DNA from: a virus
Length of the DNA: 64,000 nucleotides
Strand: one strand, 5' to 3'
IMG/VR virus record: IMGVR_UViG_3300027861_000022
Span: 1,581 to 65,580 of that record
Part shown: positions 16,243 to 26,668 of the stretch, in pieces
How the letters are laid out: each line of letters begins with the position of its first letter
Position numbering within the stretch: the first letter of the stretch is position 1
Made by a program: the position numbers and the translations under genes
The notes under the pieces: model-generated
What the model was told of the DNA's origin: nothing
Seen by the model: only the letters and a program-made list of their open reading frames with translations
Databases searched by the model: none

Positions 16243-16580
16243 TATTCTCTCCTGTAATCATCTTCCAGCCTAACAACATCATCGAGATGGTTGGTACTGA
16301 CCTCAATCAATTCAACATTTGATTCCATAGCTGCAAATCTGTGAATCTGTCCCGGCTTAACGTGGAAAGATTCTCCCGGTACGAGTCTCTGAACTTTACC
16401 GTCTTTATCATAGTTATAAAGAACACCACTTAAAACATAAATGGTTTCCTCTTTTATATTATGATATTGTCGCGATAACCTATTGCCGGAAGTTATGTGC
16501 AATAGTTTGCCAACATAGTCATCGGTTTGCGCCCAGATTATTTCGTGACCCCATGGTTTATTAATTTTCTTCTGATTCAC
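16242..16580 (-). CDS. Cupin, similar to the type II mannose-6-phosphate isomerase C-terminal domain
   Basis: KPWG..., LSRQYH..KEET, H.KPGQIHRF, EVST..DDVVRLED. Confidence 0.8.
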   Translation of the reverse strand: MNQKKINKPWGHEIIWAQTDDYVGKLLHITSGNRLSRQYHNIKEETIYVLSGVLYNYDKDGKVQRLVPGESFHVKPGQIHRFAAMESNVELIEVSTNHLDDVVRLEDDYRRE

Positions 16581-16980
16581 TTAGCACCCACTTAACATAT
16601 TTTAAAAGGCTGGAACAATAATTCTCTTCCCAGACTTCTTCTTTTATTTTAATTCCCAATTGTTTTGAGAGATGGCGAGCTTCGTGCCAAGCCATCATCT
16701 CTTCATGCATTATATCCATCTTCCCCTCTATCGATTCTCTATCAACTTGGGCTGGAAATTTATTGTACTTCTGTCGAAAGATGACGTGGCCGGCCTCGTG
16801 AAGCAAAATTATCAACTGCATCAGTGGAGTATTTTCACTATTGATCGAAACAAGCCCTGGATCTTGCGGATCATCTGGATCAAACCAATATTCGTCGGTG
16901 CCAGACTCATCAAAATCCACACACACGTCATATTCTTCCATCAAAAATGCTTCAACACAGCAGATTTTTTGATCTATCAC
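16561..16980 (-). CDS. HExxH metallopeptidase-like (ImmA/IrrE-like) protein
   Basis: LLHEAGH, E..AW. Confidence 0.65.
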   Translation of the reverse strand: MIDQKICCVEAFLMEEYDVCVDFDESGTDEYWFDPDDPQDPGLVSINSENTPLMQLIILLHEAGHVIFRQKYNKFPAQVDRESIEGKMDIMHEEMMAWHEARHLSKQLGIKIKEEVWEENYCSSLLKYVKWVLSESEEN

Positions 16981-17420
16981 TTTCTTTTTGTCCCCTTCAG
17001 CGCGCGACCACGAGTGGAGTAGTTTTTGTTCATACTCTTTTTGTCGCTGCCTCTTCCCCAGAAGTATTTACTATTCTTTTGATTTATGACAAGCGAAACG
17101 CTAATCTTATCCTCGAGAAGATAATGCTTATTATATGTCAGCTTGCCGTACTTTGGCTTTCGCGATCGCTTGGTTGGGGGCTGATTCAAAAACTCAACAC
17201 ACCCCTCAACAATCTGTTTCTCGGTTAACCCTTGCTCCAGATACTCTCCTATGGGCTCGTCTGGAATAATATATGCAAGGACAACCCAGTTTTTATGACC
17301 GTAACCCTCCACATTTAAATTGCCTCCGGAATACTTACCCAGCTTCCTTTTATCAGATTCAGCCGGCATTACGACGGGCTCTAATTCCCCAATCTCTTTA
17401 AATCTACATGAAATTTCCAC
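16977..17420 (-). CDS. Hypothetical basic protein
   Basis: 147-aa ORF in the operon. Confidence 0.65.
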   Translation of the reverse strand: MEISCRFKEIGELEPVVMPAESDKRKLGKYSGGNLNVEGYGHKNWVVLAYIIPDEPIGEYLEQGLTEKQIVEGCVEFLNQPPTKRSRKPKYGKLTYNKHYLLEDKISVSLVINQKNSKYFWGRGSDKKSMNKNYSTRGRALKGTKRK

Positions 17421-17422
17421 GA

Positions 17423-17740
17423 TTATCCCCTCAAAAGTTGTCTTTTTTCAATGTTTAGCTTCTTGTAAGTTTCCTCAATCGGTCCAACGACGATAATGTC
17501 CTGGCCGTAAGTGCCTTTGTTAATTGAGACGCAAGTAAATACCTGTCTCTCGTCCAGATCACCTGGAAGTTTTCCCTCTCTCAATAGATTGTTTGTATCA
17601 ATGTCCTCCCTCAAACAAACGACATAATCTGGGTTAATAAATACTGACCTGAGAGAGTAACTTCTACGGGTTGTCCCGACTCCACAGTCATAAACCTCTA
17701 CAAATTTAACACTCATTCTCTTCTCCTTTTTCATAAACAC
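17423..17740 (-). CDS. Hypothetical protein
   Basis: Operon-coupled ORF. Confidence 0.65.
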   Translation of the reverse strand: MFMKKEKRMSVKFVEVYDCGVGTTRRSYSLRSVFINPDYVVCLREDIDTNNLLREGKLPGDLDERQVFTCVSINKGTYGQDIIVVGPIEETYKKLNIEKRQLLRG

Positions 17741-18005
17741 TTTCTTTGTGAACTGTCCAAAGCTCGCCCTGATAAAATACCCGGCACCAGTCTCTATCTA
17801 TTCTTTCTAGAAACATTAAATGCTGCGGCTCTTCAGTTCTCGTGCTCTTTTTGAATGCATTTGTCCCGATGGGCCACACGCTTTGACCTTTATCATAAAG
17901 AAACATTACAACATTAGATGGAATATAAACGTATTCCCCCTGCTTAAAGTTCTTCGTCATCATTTGCCACCTCTTCGTGCGGATTAGCGGGGGGTTGCTG
18001 GCCAT
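17706..18005 (-). CDS. Hypothetical protein (FKQGE motif)
   Basis: Operon-coupled ORF. Confidence 0.6.
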   Translation of the reverse strand: MASNPPLIRTKRWQMMTKNFKQGEYVYIPSNVVMFLYDKGQSVWPIGTNAFKKSTRTEEPQHLMFLERIDRDWCRVFYQGELWTVHKESVYEKGEENEC

Positions 18006-18264
18006 GCTCCATTTCCGGCTTGGATGCTATGGCTCGAACATATCCCGACATTATGTGCATGGAGTCACCAAGCTCCAAATCTAATTTTGCCAGCTTTATT
18101 CTTAACTTATCTAAGTCGGCGATGACTTGAAGGGGGGATTGACCTATCGCCTGATTGAGAATACCATGAATATCCCTTAATTTTCCCTCGCATTCCTCTA
18201 GAATCCTGTCTACCTCTTTGGGGACATCTTCCAGTTCAATAGAATAACTTATATTAACTCTCAC
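17944..18264 (-). CDS. Coiled-coil hypothetical protein
   Basis: GAGG RBS; helical pattern. Confidence 0.65.
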   Translation of the reverse strand: MRVNISYSIELEDVPKEVDRILEECEGKLRDIHGILNQAIGQSPLQVIADLDKLRIKLAKLDLELGDSMHIMSGYVRAIASKPEMEHGQQPPANPHEEVANDDEEL

Positions 18265-18280
18265 TCACACCTCTCACCGC

Positions 18281-18583
18281 TTATTTAAAAAAAGTATGCC
18301 AGACTGTTGCGCTTGAAAGGCCGACAATGCTCGTCATGATCGCCCAAGTAATCTTGGAAGAAGATTCTTTCCATTGCTCAAGGTTCCGGAGGCGCGCATA
18401 GAGCCCTTCGTCTGGGTTGTAGACTGCTTCTTTGATCTTTCCGATGTCATCTGACATTCGATCCTGACATGATCTGATCCCTTCCATTCCGTCGACGATC
18501 CTTGACAATTTTCCATCTAACTCAATGATATCCACCTTACTAACTTCATCTTCCGACATGTCATCTAACCCTCCCAGGGCCAC
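18281..18583 (-). CDS. Coiled-coil protein with a C-terminal TM helix (possibly holin/spanin-like)
   Basis: GLYARLRNLEQW followed by a hydrophobic tail; ACTATTTA upstream. Confidence 0.55.
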   Translation of the reverse strand: MALGGLDDMSEDEVSKVDIIELDGKLSRIVDGMEGIRSCQDRMSDDIGKIKEAVYNPDEGLYARLRNLEQWKESSSKITWAIMTSIVGLSSATVWHTFFK

Positions 18584-18606
18584 TATTCCAACATTACTAA
18601 ATAGTT

Positions 18607-20175
18607 TTAGCTTTGGATAATGGCATAGTTTGTTGTAATTAAAGTGCCGGAAACAGAGGCAGCATTTTGCAATGCAGTCCTCGTAACTTTGACCGGATCA
18701 ATGATGCCAGCCTCGATCATATTGACGATCTTATCTGTCACAAAGTTATAGCCCTTCTCGTCTTCTTCCTTTAAAACGAGGTCGCAAATGATGTCTGGAG
18801 ACTTTCCAGCGTTTAGGGCCATCTGTCTGATCGGGGCTTTAACAGCCTCTTTAACTATCTCAACTCCAAGCAACTGATAATCATTATCTACTTCAACCTC
18901 CAGATTCTTTGTGGCGCGTAGTAGGGCCGTTCCGCCTCCAGCAATGATCCCTTCCATTTGTGCCGATCGGACTGCCTCCAATGCGTCTTCAATCCTGTGT
19001 TTCTTTTCAACCATCTCAATTTCAGTTGATGCTCCGACACGGATGATAGCGATGCCGCTAGCCAATCGTGCGATGCGGTCCTGAATCTTTTCACACTCGT
19101 GAAGGTTATCTTCCTCGATCAAGTCAGATTTTAAGTCGTCAATCTGTTGGTCAATGGAGTCGGAGTCTCCGTCTCCGCCAATGATTGTCGTTTGGGTTCT
19201 GGTGATGTCGATGCGGTTTGCAGTGCCAAGGTCGACTAATTTAATATCTTGGAGCCTCCGGCCATTTGAGCGACTGATGAATTCAGCACCCACAGAAAGA
19301 GCCAAGTCCTTGAGTATGTTTTGCCTTTCCACTCCGTAGCGAGGAACTTTAACCGCTGCGATTTTCAAGGTTCCTCGCATTGCGTTCATAATCATGGCAG
19401 CGAGGGCTTGACCTTCTATCTCACCCGCAATGAATACGAGTGGTCGTGCTTCCCGTGCTGCTAATTCTAGAACTGAGAAGATATCTTGAACATGTTCAAT
19501 CTTTTCGTCCGTGACCAATAACAGGGGATTGTCGTAGGTTACCGCTCGGCGTCTCTCATCGGTTATGAAGGCCGTTGCAGCATAGCCAGAGTCAATCCTA
19601 AACCCTTCAACAAGGTCTAGGCTGGTTTGAAGCGAGCGCGCCTCCTCGACGGTAATAGCGCCATCTTTTCCCGCTGCGCTGACTGCTTGTCCAATGAGGC
19701 TCCCGATTAGTTTATCGTTGTTGGCCGAAATAGTGGCAACGTGGCTTATGTCCTCCTCGCAGGTAATGGGGCGCGAGGCTTCCTTCAGGTTCTCGATGAT
19801 GACTGCGACTGCTTTTTCGATTCCCCTTTGAAGTTCAATGGGCGGGACACCGGAAGAGATATACTTCTGTGCTTTGTTCAGGATGGCCCGAGACAATACC
19901 GTAGCAGTTGTGGTTCCATCGCCAGCGTCAAGGTTCGTTTGTGCTGCAGCCTGCTTGATGATCTGAGCACCAGCGTTCTCAATGGGATCTTCAAGGTCCA
20001 CGAACTCTGCGACCGTGACGCCATCCTTTGTAATGATGGGTCGCTTGTTTTTCTCTTGTAAGATAACGTTCCGACCCCTTGGTCCAAGAGTGGAAGCTAC
20101 ATTGTCTGCTAGGATGTTGATTCCCTTGAGAATCTTTTGGTTCATGTCCGAACCAGAACCGTAATGTTTAGTCAA
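18607..20175 (-). CDS. groEL: Group I chaperonin GroEL
   Basis: TLGPRGRNV, ITKDGVTVA, AGDGTTTATVL, GIIDP.KVTRTALQNAAS; TTGACT-N17-TATAAT at 20206-20234. Confidence 0.95.
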   Translation of the reverse strand: MTKHYGSGSDMNQKILKGINILADNVASTLGPRGRNVILQEKNKRPIITKDGVTVAEFVDLEDPIENAGAQIIKQAAAQTNLDAGDGTTTATVLSRAILNKAQKYISSGVPPIELQRGIEKAVAVIIENLKEASRPITCEEDISHVATISANNDKLIGSLIGQAVSAAGKDGAITVEEARSLQTSLDLVEGFRIDSGYAATAFITDERRRAVTYDNPLLLVTDEKIEHVQDIFSVLELAAREARPLVFIAGEIEGQALAAMIMNAMRGTLKIAAVKVPRYGVERQNILKDLALSVGAEFISRSNGRRLQDIKLVDLGTANRIDITRTQTTIIGGDGDSDSIDQQIDDLKSDLIEEDNLHECEKIQDRIARLASGIAIIRVGASTEIEMVEKKHRIEDALEAVRSAQMEGIIAGGGTALLRATKNLEVEVDNDYQLLGVEIVKEAVKAPIRQMALNAGKSPDIICDLVLKEEDEKGYNFVTDKIVNMIEAGIIDPVKVTRTALQNAASVSGTLITTNYAIIQS

Positions 20176-20253
20176 TTAACACCTCGTATGTTTAACTACT
20201 ATTATATTATAACCATTTTTGAACCAAAAGTCAAGGATTATTTTATTAATCTT

Positions 20254-21486
20254 TCAACATTGATTAGAGATTAATTTCTCTGGCTCAAATTGCGCCGCCT
20301 TTTCTAAATCTTCTTTGATCTTCAAAAGTACTTCGTAATCAGGATCGGTAGCAAATTTTAATACGGCATTAGAAAAAATTGAATAAAAGTTTGTCAGTGC
20401 CTCAATTGTCTCAATTATTTTAGCGATGTTCTCTTCGTCTGCCGAGGCGATCTCTGGCAATATCATTTTGATATTTTCTTCCGCGACGGCCAAATTAGAA
20501 ATCCCAGGCTGGCGATCGCTAATCAGTCTTTTGAAGTCTTGATCCAACACTCCTGTGATATAAGACATTGTTGCTTTCTCCGGCTTGCGATTGAACACAA
20601 AAGTTCCATCCTCATCGATGCTATTGCTTTGATCCTTCATTTTCTCAATGATCTTTTCTCTATCGACTCTGAAACTTGTTATTCTGTGTGTGTCAGTTGT
20701 CTTGCTAAAGAGAAGGTAATACAAACCTATTTTGTGTACGGGCGTATCATTTGTGTTAGAATAGACCTTGCTGCCGAATTTGAGGCGAAATTTAATGCCC
20801 AGAGTCTTCATCAAATTTGTAAATGATCCAGACAGTTTACCGGCTTCTGCCGCTGTTTTTAAAGAAACCCCATAGGCCCCACCTCCTAATTGAAAATCTG
20901 CTATTGATGTATGCCCACCCTCAATGGAAACTGTTTGTCCGCCCACAAGACCAGCAACAAAATTTTCGTTGGCGAAACCGGCAGATTGTGCGTTGTATTC
21001 TTTAAAGATGCCCAAGTATGCGTCCAGAATAACATGCTTAGTCATCATCGCACCGATACCGACACACGGTTGTTCTAGAATGTCTGCTGGTGGAGAGAAA
21101 TAATAATTCAAAGCCTCGACGAGTTTCGCTGGGAACTCCTCCATGCCCGAACTGGGCAAGCTTTCGATATACGGGTTTGTCTTTCTTAAAGTCTCGAATG
21201 CCTCCTCGACATCTGGAAGTCTAGCTGATGATTCAGTTCCCCTGATCAGCTTTCTGGAGATTACAGAAACGTCTAACAGTTTTTTCCCGCCGGTATCTCC
21301 GTCGACAGAAGACAGCTTTCCAGGGTCATCAGCGGCCGAGAGTTCGGGTGTTCCAAGGTTGGTTTTTTCTAGAATCTCAACATCTTGCATAGTTTTCTCA
21401 ACCATTTCAAGGAGAGTCTCCATAGAAAATGTTTCTTTCTTTCTCTTTTGGTAATGTTTCTCAATTAATAAATCTAATTCATCCAT
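20254..21486 (-). CDS. Late protein with a putative PD-(D/E)xK nuclease-like domain
   Basis: GFANENF...IADF...VSLKT. Confidence 0.5.
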   Translation of the reverse strand: MDELDLLIEKHYQKRKKETFSMETLLEMVEKTMQDVEILEKTNLGTPELSAADDPGKLSSVDGDTGGKKLLDVSVISRKLIRGTESSARLPDVEEAFETLRKTNPYIESLPSSGMEEFPAKLVEALNYYFSPPADILEQPCVGIGAMMTKHVILDAYLGIFKEYNAQSAGFANENFVAGLVGGQTVSIEGGHTSIADFQLGGGAYGVSLKTAAEAGKLSGSFTNLMKTLGIKFRLKFGSKVYSNTNDTPVHKIGLYYLLFSKTTDTHRITSFRVDREKIIEKMKDQSNSIDEDGTFVFNRKPEKATMSYITGVLDQDFKRLISDRQPGISNLAVAEENIKMILPEIASADEENIAKIIETIEALTNFYSIFSNAVLKFATDPDYEVLLKIKEDLEKAAQFEPEKLISNQC

Positions 21487-21518
21487 ATCAATAAATAGTT
21501 CCTAAATTACTATTAAGC

Positions 21519-22199
21519 CTAAACAATAATATCTGCAATGCCATATTTAACCGCTTCCTCTGCGCAGAGATACACATTCACATTCTTTGAGATCATTCTC
21601 TTTAATTGTGCTTTTGTTAAACTTGTCTCGGCAACAATTGCTTCAATATAAAGTTCCTGCATTCTCTTGATCTCTGCCATTTCTGTTGTCAAATTGGAGA
21701 TGTTGCCCTGTGTTCCAGATGCTACTCCGTGAAGCATTACCCGACAATAGCGTCCGATACGTCTGTGACCCTTGGTGCCGCTAGCTAGCAAGAGAACTCC
21801 TGCCGACATTACCTTGCCAAGACCAAAGGTTTTTATATCCATATCATCTCTCAAGTATCGGACAGTATCGTATATGGCAAACATATCAGTTGCGTCACCG
21901 CCGACTGTAGAGATTAAGAAGTCCACGGGCTGAGGTTCTTCTTTGAACCCTTTGGCGATGTCCTCGTAATCCACGGGAGTCTTCTTTGTTCTCGTCATAT
22001 GCGCGGCATGAAGGCTGAAAATAACTTCTTCAGACCTCGTTTCGTTGACTTCTCCGAATAAACCAATGGTCCGAAGCTTTTCTTCTTCATCGAATTGCAT
22101 ATGCAACAGAGAAGTGTCGAGTTCTTCTTCGGGGATTTCCCCCTCTTCTGGGGCGGCTGCCTCCTCTTCTTCGGGAATTTCTTCTTTTGTATCAGGCAC
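21519..22199 (-). CDS. clpP: ClpP-like serine protease
   Basis: STVGG, GKVMSAGVLLLASG, VMLH, AEEAVKYGIADII. Confidence 0.88.
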   Translation of the reverse strand: MPDTKEEIPEEEEAAAPEEGEIPEEELDTSLLHMQFDEEEKLRTIGLFGEVNETRSEEVIFSLHAAHMTRTKKTPVDYEDIAKGFKEEPQPVDFLISTVGGDATDMFAIYDTVRYLRDDMDIKTFGLGKVMSAGVLLLASGTKGHRRIGRYCRVMLHGVASGTQGNISNLTTEMAEIKRMQELYIEAIVAETSLTKAQLKRMISKNVNVYLCAEEAVKYGIADIIV

Positions 22200-22533
22200 G
22201 TTTTCTCCGGCGGTCGATGTATGCTCGTCCTAGTTTGTATGGTTTATTCTTGGAAGATTTTGATCCAATCTCAATAAGTTGGTAAGGAAACTGTCTCCCC
22301 CACTTCAGCCATTCCTTTTCGCTCTCAAAGGACTTCTTGAAAATATACATAGTTTCTTTTGTCTTGGCATTGTATCCGTTTCCACAGACATCCCACTCCT
22401 TCATCTCTTTCAAGATTTTATTTTCTAATCTCTTGCCCTTTATTTTATCAATCTGCACCATGTAGATAACGTTAGTGTTATCTATTTTGCTTTGCTTCCA
22501 TCCAGTTGCACTCATTACTTCCTCCTGTTTCAT
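22192..22533 (-). CDS. Hypothetical protein
   Basis: TTGCAA-N17-TATAAT promoter at 22536-22564. Confidence 0.65.
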   Translation of the reverse strand: MKQEEVMSATGWKQSKIDNTNVIYMVQIDKIKGKRLENKILKEMKEWDVCGNGYNAKTKETMYIFKKSFESEKEWLKWGRQFPYQLIEIGSKSSKNKPYKLGRAYIDRRRKRA

Positions 22534-22548
22534 CTATTATAACACCTT

Positions 22549-22941
22549 TTAATCTAAATTGCAAATCTTTTTTCTCTGATCCTCAAAGTATTTCATTGCT
22601 CCTGTCCAGTCTCTATATTGGATGGTCTTCCTATAATTAGGTGGATATCTTTTAATTAGCCTCTGGATAGCCTCGCTTTTCCATCTGTCCAAACTATGTC
22701 GATCTTCATTTCTGGTAAATTTTATGATATTATCCGAATAATTACCCTTATCAATTATTATCTGCTTCGTGGTCTTGATGTTGGATGCGTCTTCGAGAGA
22801 GAGTGCGAGCAATTGCAAGCACATATATTCTGCTTGCCTGAAGATAAGAACTCCATTGCCTGCGCTCAACAGAATAATGAGGCCTCGATAGATGGAGATC
22901 CCGCATATCGCGCCCATTCCAAAAATTAACACATTCTCCAC
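22549..22941 (-). CDS. Hypothetical membrane-anchored protein
   Basis: N-terminal TM; GGAG RBS. Confidence 0.65.
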   Translation of the reverse strand: MENVLIFGMGAICGISIYRGLIILLSAGNGVLIFRQAEYMCLQLLALSLEDASNIKTTKQIIIDKGNYSDNIIKFTRNEDRHSLDRWKSEAIQRLIKRYPPNYRKTIQYRDWTGAMKYFEDQRKKICNLD

Positions 22942-22959
22942 TTACTCTCCAAATACAGA

Positions 22960-22996
22960 AATACCCTGGCACTCCTTGCGGAAGTACTAGGGTATT
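22960..22996 (-). terminator. Hairpin with GCAA tetraloop, probable terminator
   Basis: AATACCCT...AGGGTATT outer stem, TCC-GCAA-GGA tip. Confidence 0.5.
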
Positions 22997-23014
22997 AAAT
23001 TATAAATCTTATTA

Positions 23015-23803
23015 TTAGCTACGGCGCTTTTGCGCTTTTGCGATTCGTGCGAGGCGATTTTTAACTCTCTTTGTAACTTCTTTGATAACTTTTTCGTCAC
23101 TGAGTACTTCAACTTTAACTCCACGGCTCTTTGCGCGCTTGGTTTGTTTTGCTTGCTTTACTCTTGCCGGTTTGGTTCGTCGGCGAGATTCGTTCTTTTG
23201 CCAAGGTTTGCTGGATTCTTCAATATCTTCTTCTTCCTTCAACTCTTCGTCGTCTTCGGAGAGAATAGAATTAATCATCTCTTCTAGGCCGGCGTCTTCC
23301 ATGTCTAGCTCACCTTCCATGTCTAGCTCACCTTCCATGTCGTCAGCAACTTCAAGGTCACCGAGGTCTTCCATATCGTCAGCAACTTCAAGGTCGCCAC
23401 CCATATCGTCAAGGCCGTCAAGATCAGCGTCAGCGTCTTCGCCGCCGGCGAGGTCCACGACTACATTGTGCTCACGGGCCCAGTCTTGAATTTGGGTGAG
23501 GAGACTCATTACAAGCTCTTCTTCGCCTCCGGTTGGTGGCGCCGCGATTACTTCTTCTTCGTCCTCGATTTCAAACTCTTCGACTCCGGGCTCTTCGACT
23601 CCGGGCTCTTCGATTTCAAGTTCATCCTCGACTCCGAATTCCTCTTCTTCCTCTGCGTCGCGGGCATATGGCGCTTGATCTTCCATTTCACTAAGGAAAT
23701 TGAAGGTGCTGATCGGTTTAATTCCAGCAAGACCACCAAAGCGGCGGATAGTTGATTCTTTTAAAAGCTTTTTGCTCATTGTGTTTCTCCTAATTTTCCA
23801 CAA
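23015..23803 (-). CDS. Very acidic late protein with internal repeats (scaffold/internal-head-like; start likely 23779)
   Basis: MSKKLLKESTIRRF..LAGI; D/E-rich; ACTATTTA at 23824-23831. Confidence 0.7.
   Translation of the reverse strand: MWKIRRNTMSKKLLKESTIRRFGGLAGIKPISTFNFLSEMEDQAPYARDAEEEEEFGVEDELEIEEPGVEEPGVEEFEIEDEEEVIAAPPTGGEEELVMSLLTQIQDWAREHNVVVDLAGGEDADADLDGLDDMGGDLEVADDMEDLGDLEVADDMEGELDMEGELDMEDAGLEEMINSILSEDDEELKEEEDIEESSKPWQKNESRRRTKPARVKQAKQTKRAKSRGVKVEVLSDEKVIKEVTKRVKNRLARIAKAQKRRS
23296..23400. repeat. In-frame tandem repeats (18-bp and 36-bp units)
   Basis: CTTCCATGTCTAGCTCAC x2.5; CTTCCATRTCGTCAGCAACTTCAAGGTC x2. Confidence 0.85.
23576..23613. repeat. In-frame 15-bp tandem repeat (EEPGV)
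   Basis: CTCTTCGACTCCGGG x2.5. Confidence 0.85.
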
Positions 23804-23859
23804 GAATGGTCAATTTTCACTTATAAATAGTCACTGGGTTTACAAAAACACCTTCAATT

Positions 23860-24189
23860 TTATAAATCAGGAAGCTCTTTTTCTAATATATCAAAAATGT
23901 TTTCTATTTCCTTGTCATCTAGGCCAAATTTTCTTTTATTTTCCTGTCCTTTTTCTTCCGCATCTTTAACAATCTTTGATTGCTTCTTGCTTTGAAGACC
24001 CGAGGACTCTTTCACCCTCTCAACGAAATCAACAATTGTATGATCTCTCTCTAAATATCCGGTGAGCAACTCCCTAAAGAACTTTGTCTTAGTTAGTCCG
24101 TCGTGTTTTAAACGGATCATCAAATCTGCACTTCTCTTATCTGTATCCATAAAAGATATTCGCTTGTCTCTCTTTCCGTAGTCCTTCAT
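23860..24189 (-). CDS. Hypothetical, possible ribbon-helix-helix DNA-binding protein
   Basis: RISF.DT......L...L..DGLTKT.FFR pattern. Confidence 0.55.
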   Translation of the reverse strand: MKDYGKRDKRISFMDTDKRSADLMIRLKHDGLTKTKFFRELLTGYLERDHTIVDFVERVKESSGLQSKKQSKIVKDAEEKGQENKRKFGLDDKEIENIFDILEKELPDL

Positions 24190-25269
24190 TTATTTTCTCC
24201 CTAGAATGTGAGTGCCACTCTCGGACTGACCTGCAGGAGTCTGCATAAGAAACTCTGCGCGTGAGTGAAATTCTATAAGGTTCCTCGCTCCCGAATAAGA
24301 AAAGCCGCTACGGATTCCATTGTCTAAATCAATAAGTATCTCTTCCACGTCTCCGCGATATGGAACCGTCGTTGATATTCCTTCGTTTGAACTGTGTCTT
24401 CCACGCCAATCGTGCTGTGCTTCCTTGCTGGCCATACCTCTGTATGCTTTATATTTCTTTCCTGTCGGAGAACGAAGGGTTGGACCAGGAGTTTGCTCTG
24501 TCCCAGACAACACAGAACCGAGCATCGCAAAGTCCGCGCCGGCTGCTAAGGATTTGACGATGTCTCCGCTTGTGCGGATTCCCCCATCTGCAATTATTTT
24601 GACATCGCCGGCAAGCTCGGAGGAGGCACAGTCAAGAACAGACTGAAAGGTGGGAACCCCGTGACCTGTCTGGATTCTGGTGGAACAGATAGAGCCTCCG
24701 CCGATGCCGACCTTAACGGAGTTAGCGCCCCAGCGAGCCAAGTCTTCGAAAGCTTCCTTGGTTGCTACGTTCCCAGCCATAATATGAATGTAGGGGTATT
24801 TCTCTCTGATAGTTTCAATCGCCTCCTTCATCATGACGTGATGACCGTGGGCAATATCAAGGCAAAGTATGCTCGCCCCCTTAAGGACCAGCAATTCTGC
24901 CCTGTCAAGATAATCTCCTCCTACTCCAATTGCTGCGGCTGGGTGAGTGACTCCGCTCTCTTTACATTTCCACACAGACCACGCTTGTTCTTCCGGAGAG
25001 TTATACCTGTGAATTATCCCAAGGCCTCCGGCAGCAAACATAGCGATGGCCATCTCATCTTCAGTTACAGTATCCATCGGAGAAGATATAACCGGAAGAC
25101 CGAACCGGATTGCATCCCGTCCAACTGTGGTGTCTTGGTCATGCCACGGTTGGGTCCGATCATGCAGCGAGCTTCCAATATCTACTTCTGACCTTGACCG
25201 AATATCGGAATAGTGCGGAGACAACAGAACGTCGTCGTAGGATAGACTCTTCTTAATATTAATTTTCAC
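24190..25269 (-). CDS. IMP dehydrogenase / GMP reductase (no CBS domain)
   Basis: [43 protein letters not shown]. Confidence 0.9.
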   Translation of the reverse strand: MKINIKKSLSYDDVLLSPHYSDIRSRSEVDIGSSLHDRTQPWHDQDTTVGRDAIRFGLPVISSPMDTVTEDEMAIAMFAAGGLGIIHRYNSPEEQAWSVWKCKESGVTHPAAAIGVGGDYLDRAELLVLKGASILCLDIAHGHHVMMKEAIETIREKYPYIHIMAGNVATKEAFEDLARWGANSVKVGIGGGSICSTRIQTGHGVPTFQSVLDCASSELAGDVKIIADGGIRTSGDIVKSLAAGADFAMLGSVLSGTEQTPGPTLRSPTGKKYKAYRGMASKEAQHDWRGRHSSNEGISTTVPYRGDVEEILIDLDNGIRSGFSYSGARNLIEFHSRAEFLMQTPAGQSESGTHILGRK

Positions 25270-25796
25270 AGTTTATCTCCAAGCTCCCATCCGGGCGGCA
25301 TACTGAAGGGGTCTACCACCTGCTGTGGAGGGTTGTTATCTGTTGAGCCGAGTGCTCCCGCTCCTCGGTCGCTCATCGTAATTGGATACCAGTTATAAAG
25401 GTTGTCCTGTGATGTCTCCAAGGCTCGGAAATGAACGACGGGGACCATTACGACTTGGGCGATCTTCATACCTCGCTCGATGAACTGGGTTTCTGTTCCA
25501 ACATTGTGAAGATTAACAAAGACTTCCCCATCGTATCCAGAGTCAACGACGCAGGCGCCGACGAGCAGGTTACGTTTCGAAGCGTTGCCACTTCTATTCT
25601 TAACTTCAAGCATATATCCGTGAGGAATTCCAAATTTCAAACCTGTTGAAAACAGCTTGCTCTCTCCCGGTTCAAGGTAAACCCCCTTTAGCTCTCCGTC
25701 ATCAGGGCTGAAGTGGACATCCAGTCCAGCGTCCGATGGGTTTGCTCGGCTTGGGGGAGTTGCGTCCCCCCGTGTTCTATAATATTCTAAGATCAT
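25266..25796 (-). CDS. dut: dUTPase
   Basis: DAGLD, RSG, GACVVDSGYDG, KIAQ, RGAGALGST. Confidence 0.93.
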   Translation of the reverse strand: MILEYYRTRGDATPPSRANPSDAGLDVHFSPDDGELKGVYLEPGESKLFSTGLKFGIPHGYMLEVKNRSGNASKRNLLVGACVVDSGYDGEVFVNLHNVGTETQFIERGMKIAQVVMVPVVHFRALETSQDNLYNWYPITMSDRGAGALGSTDNNPPQQVVDPFSMPPGWELGDKL

Positions 25797-26668
25797 TGTA
25801 CATCCTCTAGCATTTTATTTGCTATTTTAATAAAAGTTTCGTTAATTTCAAATCCCATACCTGCCATTCCCAACTCTTTCACCATTGCCAATTCGGAGCC
25901 GGAGCCAACAAACGGAACCACAACAATTCCACCCTCCGGGGGCTTGGCCGCAAGAAGCAGTCTCCTTGTAAGCTCAAAGGGTTTTTGTGTTGGGTGTTTT
26001 ATAATTTTGTGGCCTTTGTGTTTTTTCTTTTCTGAAGGTGAACAAGTGATATTGCAATCTTCACAATGAAAGTATCTCTCCTTTACGCCGGCTCCTCCAG
26101 CAAGGGCTGATACCTTTATTACATCTCTAGGTAATGCACCTCGATCATCCACTTTATATACCGTTTCCTTGTCTTCGCCAGCCTTGTTCTGGAACCTCCC
26201 CTTTGTTGGCGGTCGCGTACGTGGCGCTTTGCCATCTATGGCGGAGTATCCCTTCTTGAATGCTTCCGTGTAAGGCTCGCGAACATCGTCACGATTGAAG
26301 GTTCGATCCTTGGCGGACTTCCAACCAACAATGATTGACTCGTGACTACGTTGCCAAAACCTCGAAGAAGGCACCGTCTTGTTTGTGTAATGCCAAATAA
26401 GCCAGCGGTGTGGAATCTCCATGTTTACAGACAAGTGAGCCAAAATCTCGCTGAATCCATAAACATAGAGAGTCCCCGTGTCCTTCAAAATCCTAACGGA
26501 TTCGTCCATCCACTGCTTACACCAACTAACATACTCTTGCATTTCCATTTTATATTGGGAGTTTCCAAAGTCCTTCCCAATATTATAAGGAGGATCAACC
26601 AACACAATATCAACGCTGTTGTCGGGAATCTTTTTGAGCCCCTCAATAGCATCCATATTCAATATCAT
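25793..26668 (-). CDS. Beta-class N6A/N4C DNA methyltransferase
   Basis: DPPY motif IV, HPTQKP, PFVGSGS motif I; CxxC insert. Confidence 0.9.
   Translation of the reverse strand: MILNMDAIEGLKKIPDNSVDIVLVDPPYNIGKDFGNSQYKMEMQEYVSWCKQWMDESVRILKDTGTLYVYGFSEILAHLSVNMEIPHRWLIWHYTNKTVPSSRFWQRSHESIIVGWKSAKDRTFNRDDVREPYTEAFKKGYSAIDGKAPRTRPPTKGRFQNKAGEDKETVYKVDDRGALPRDVIKVSALAGGAGVKERYFHCEDCNITCSPSEKKKHKGHKIIKHPTQKPFELTRRLLLAAKPPEGGIVVVPFVGSGSELAMVKELGMAGMGFEINETFIKIANKMLEDVQ

Noticed and set aside
23296-23613. Tandem repeats read as a DGR or regulatory array
   Set aside because: They are in-frame low-complexity expansions in an acidic protein; no reverse transcriptase or A-specific variant pair is present.
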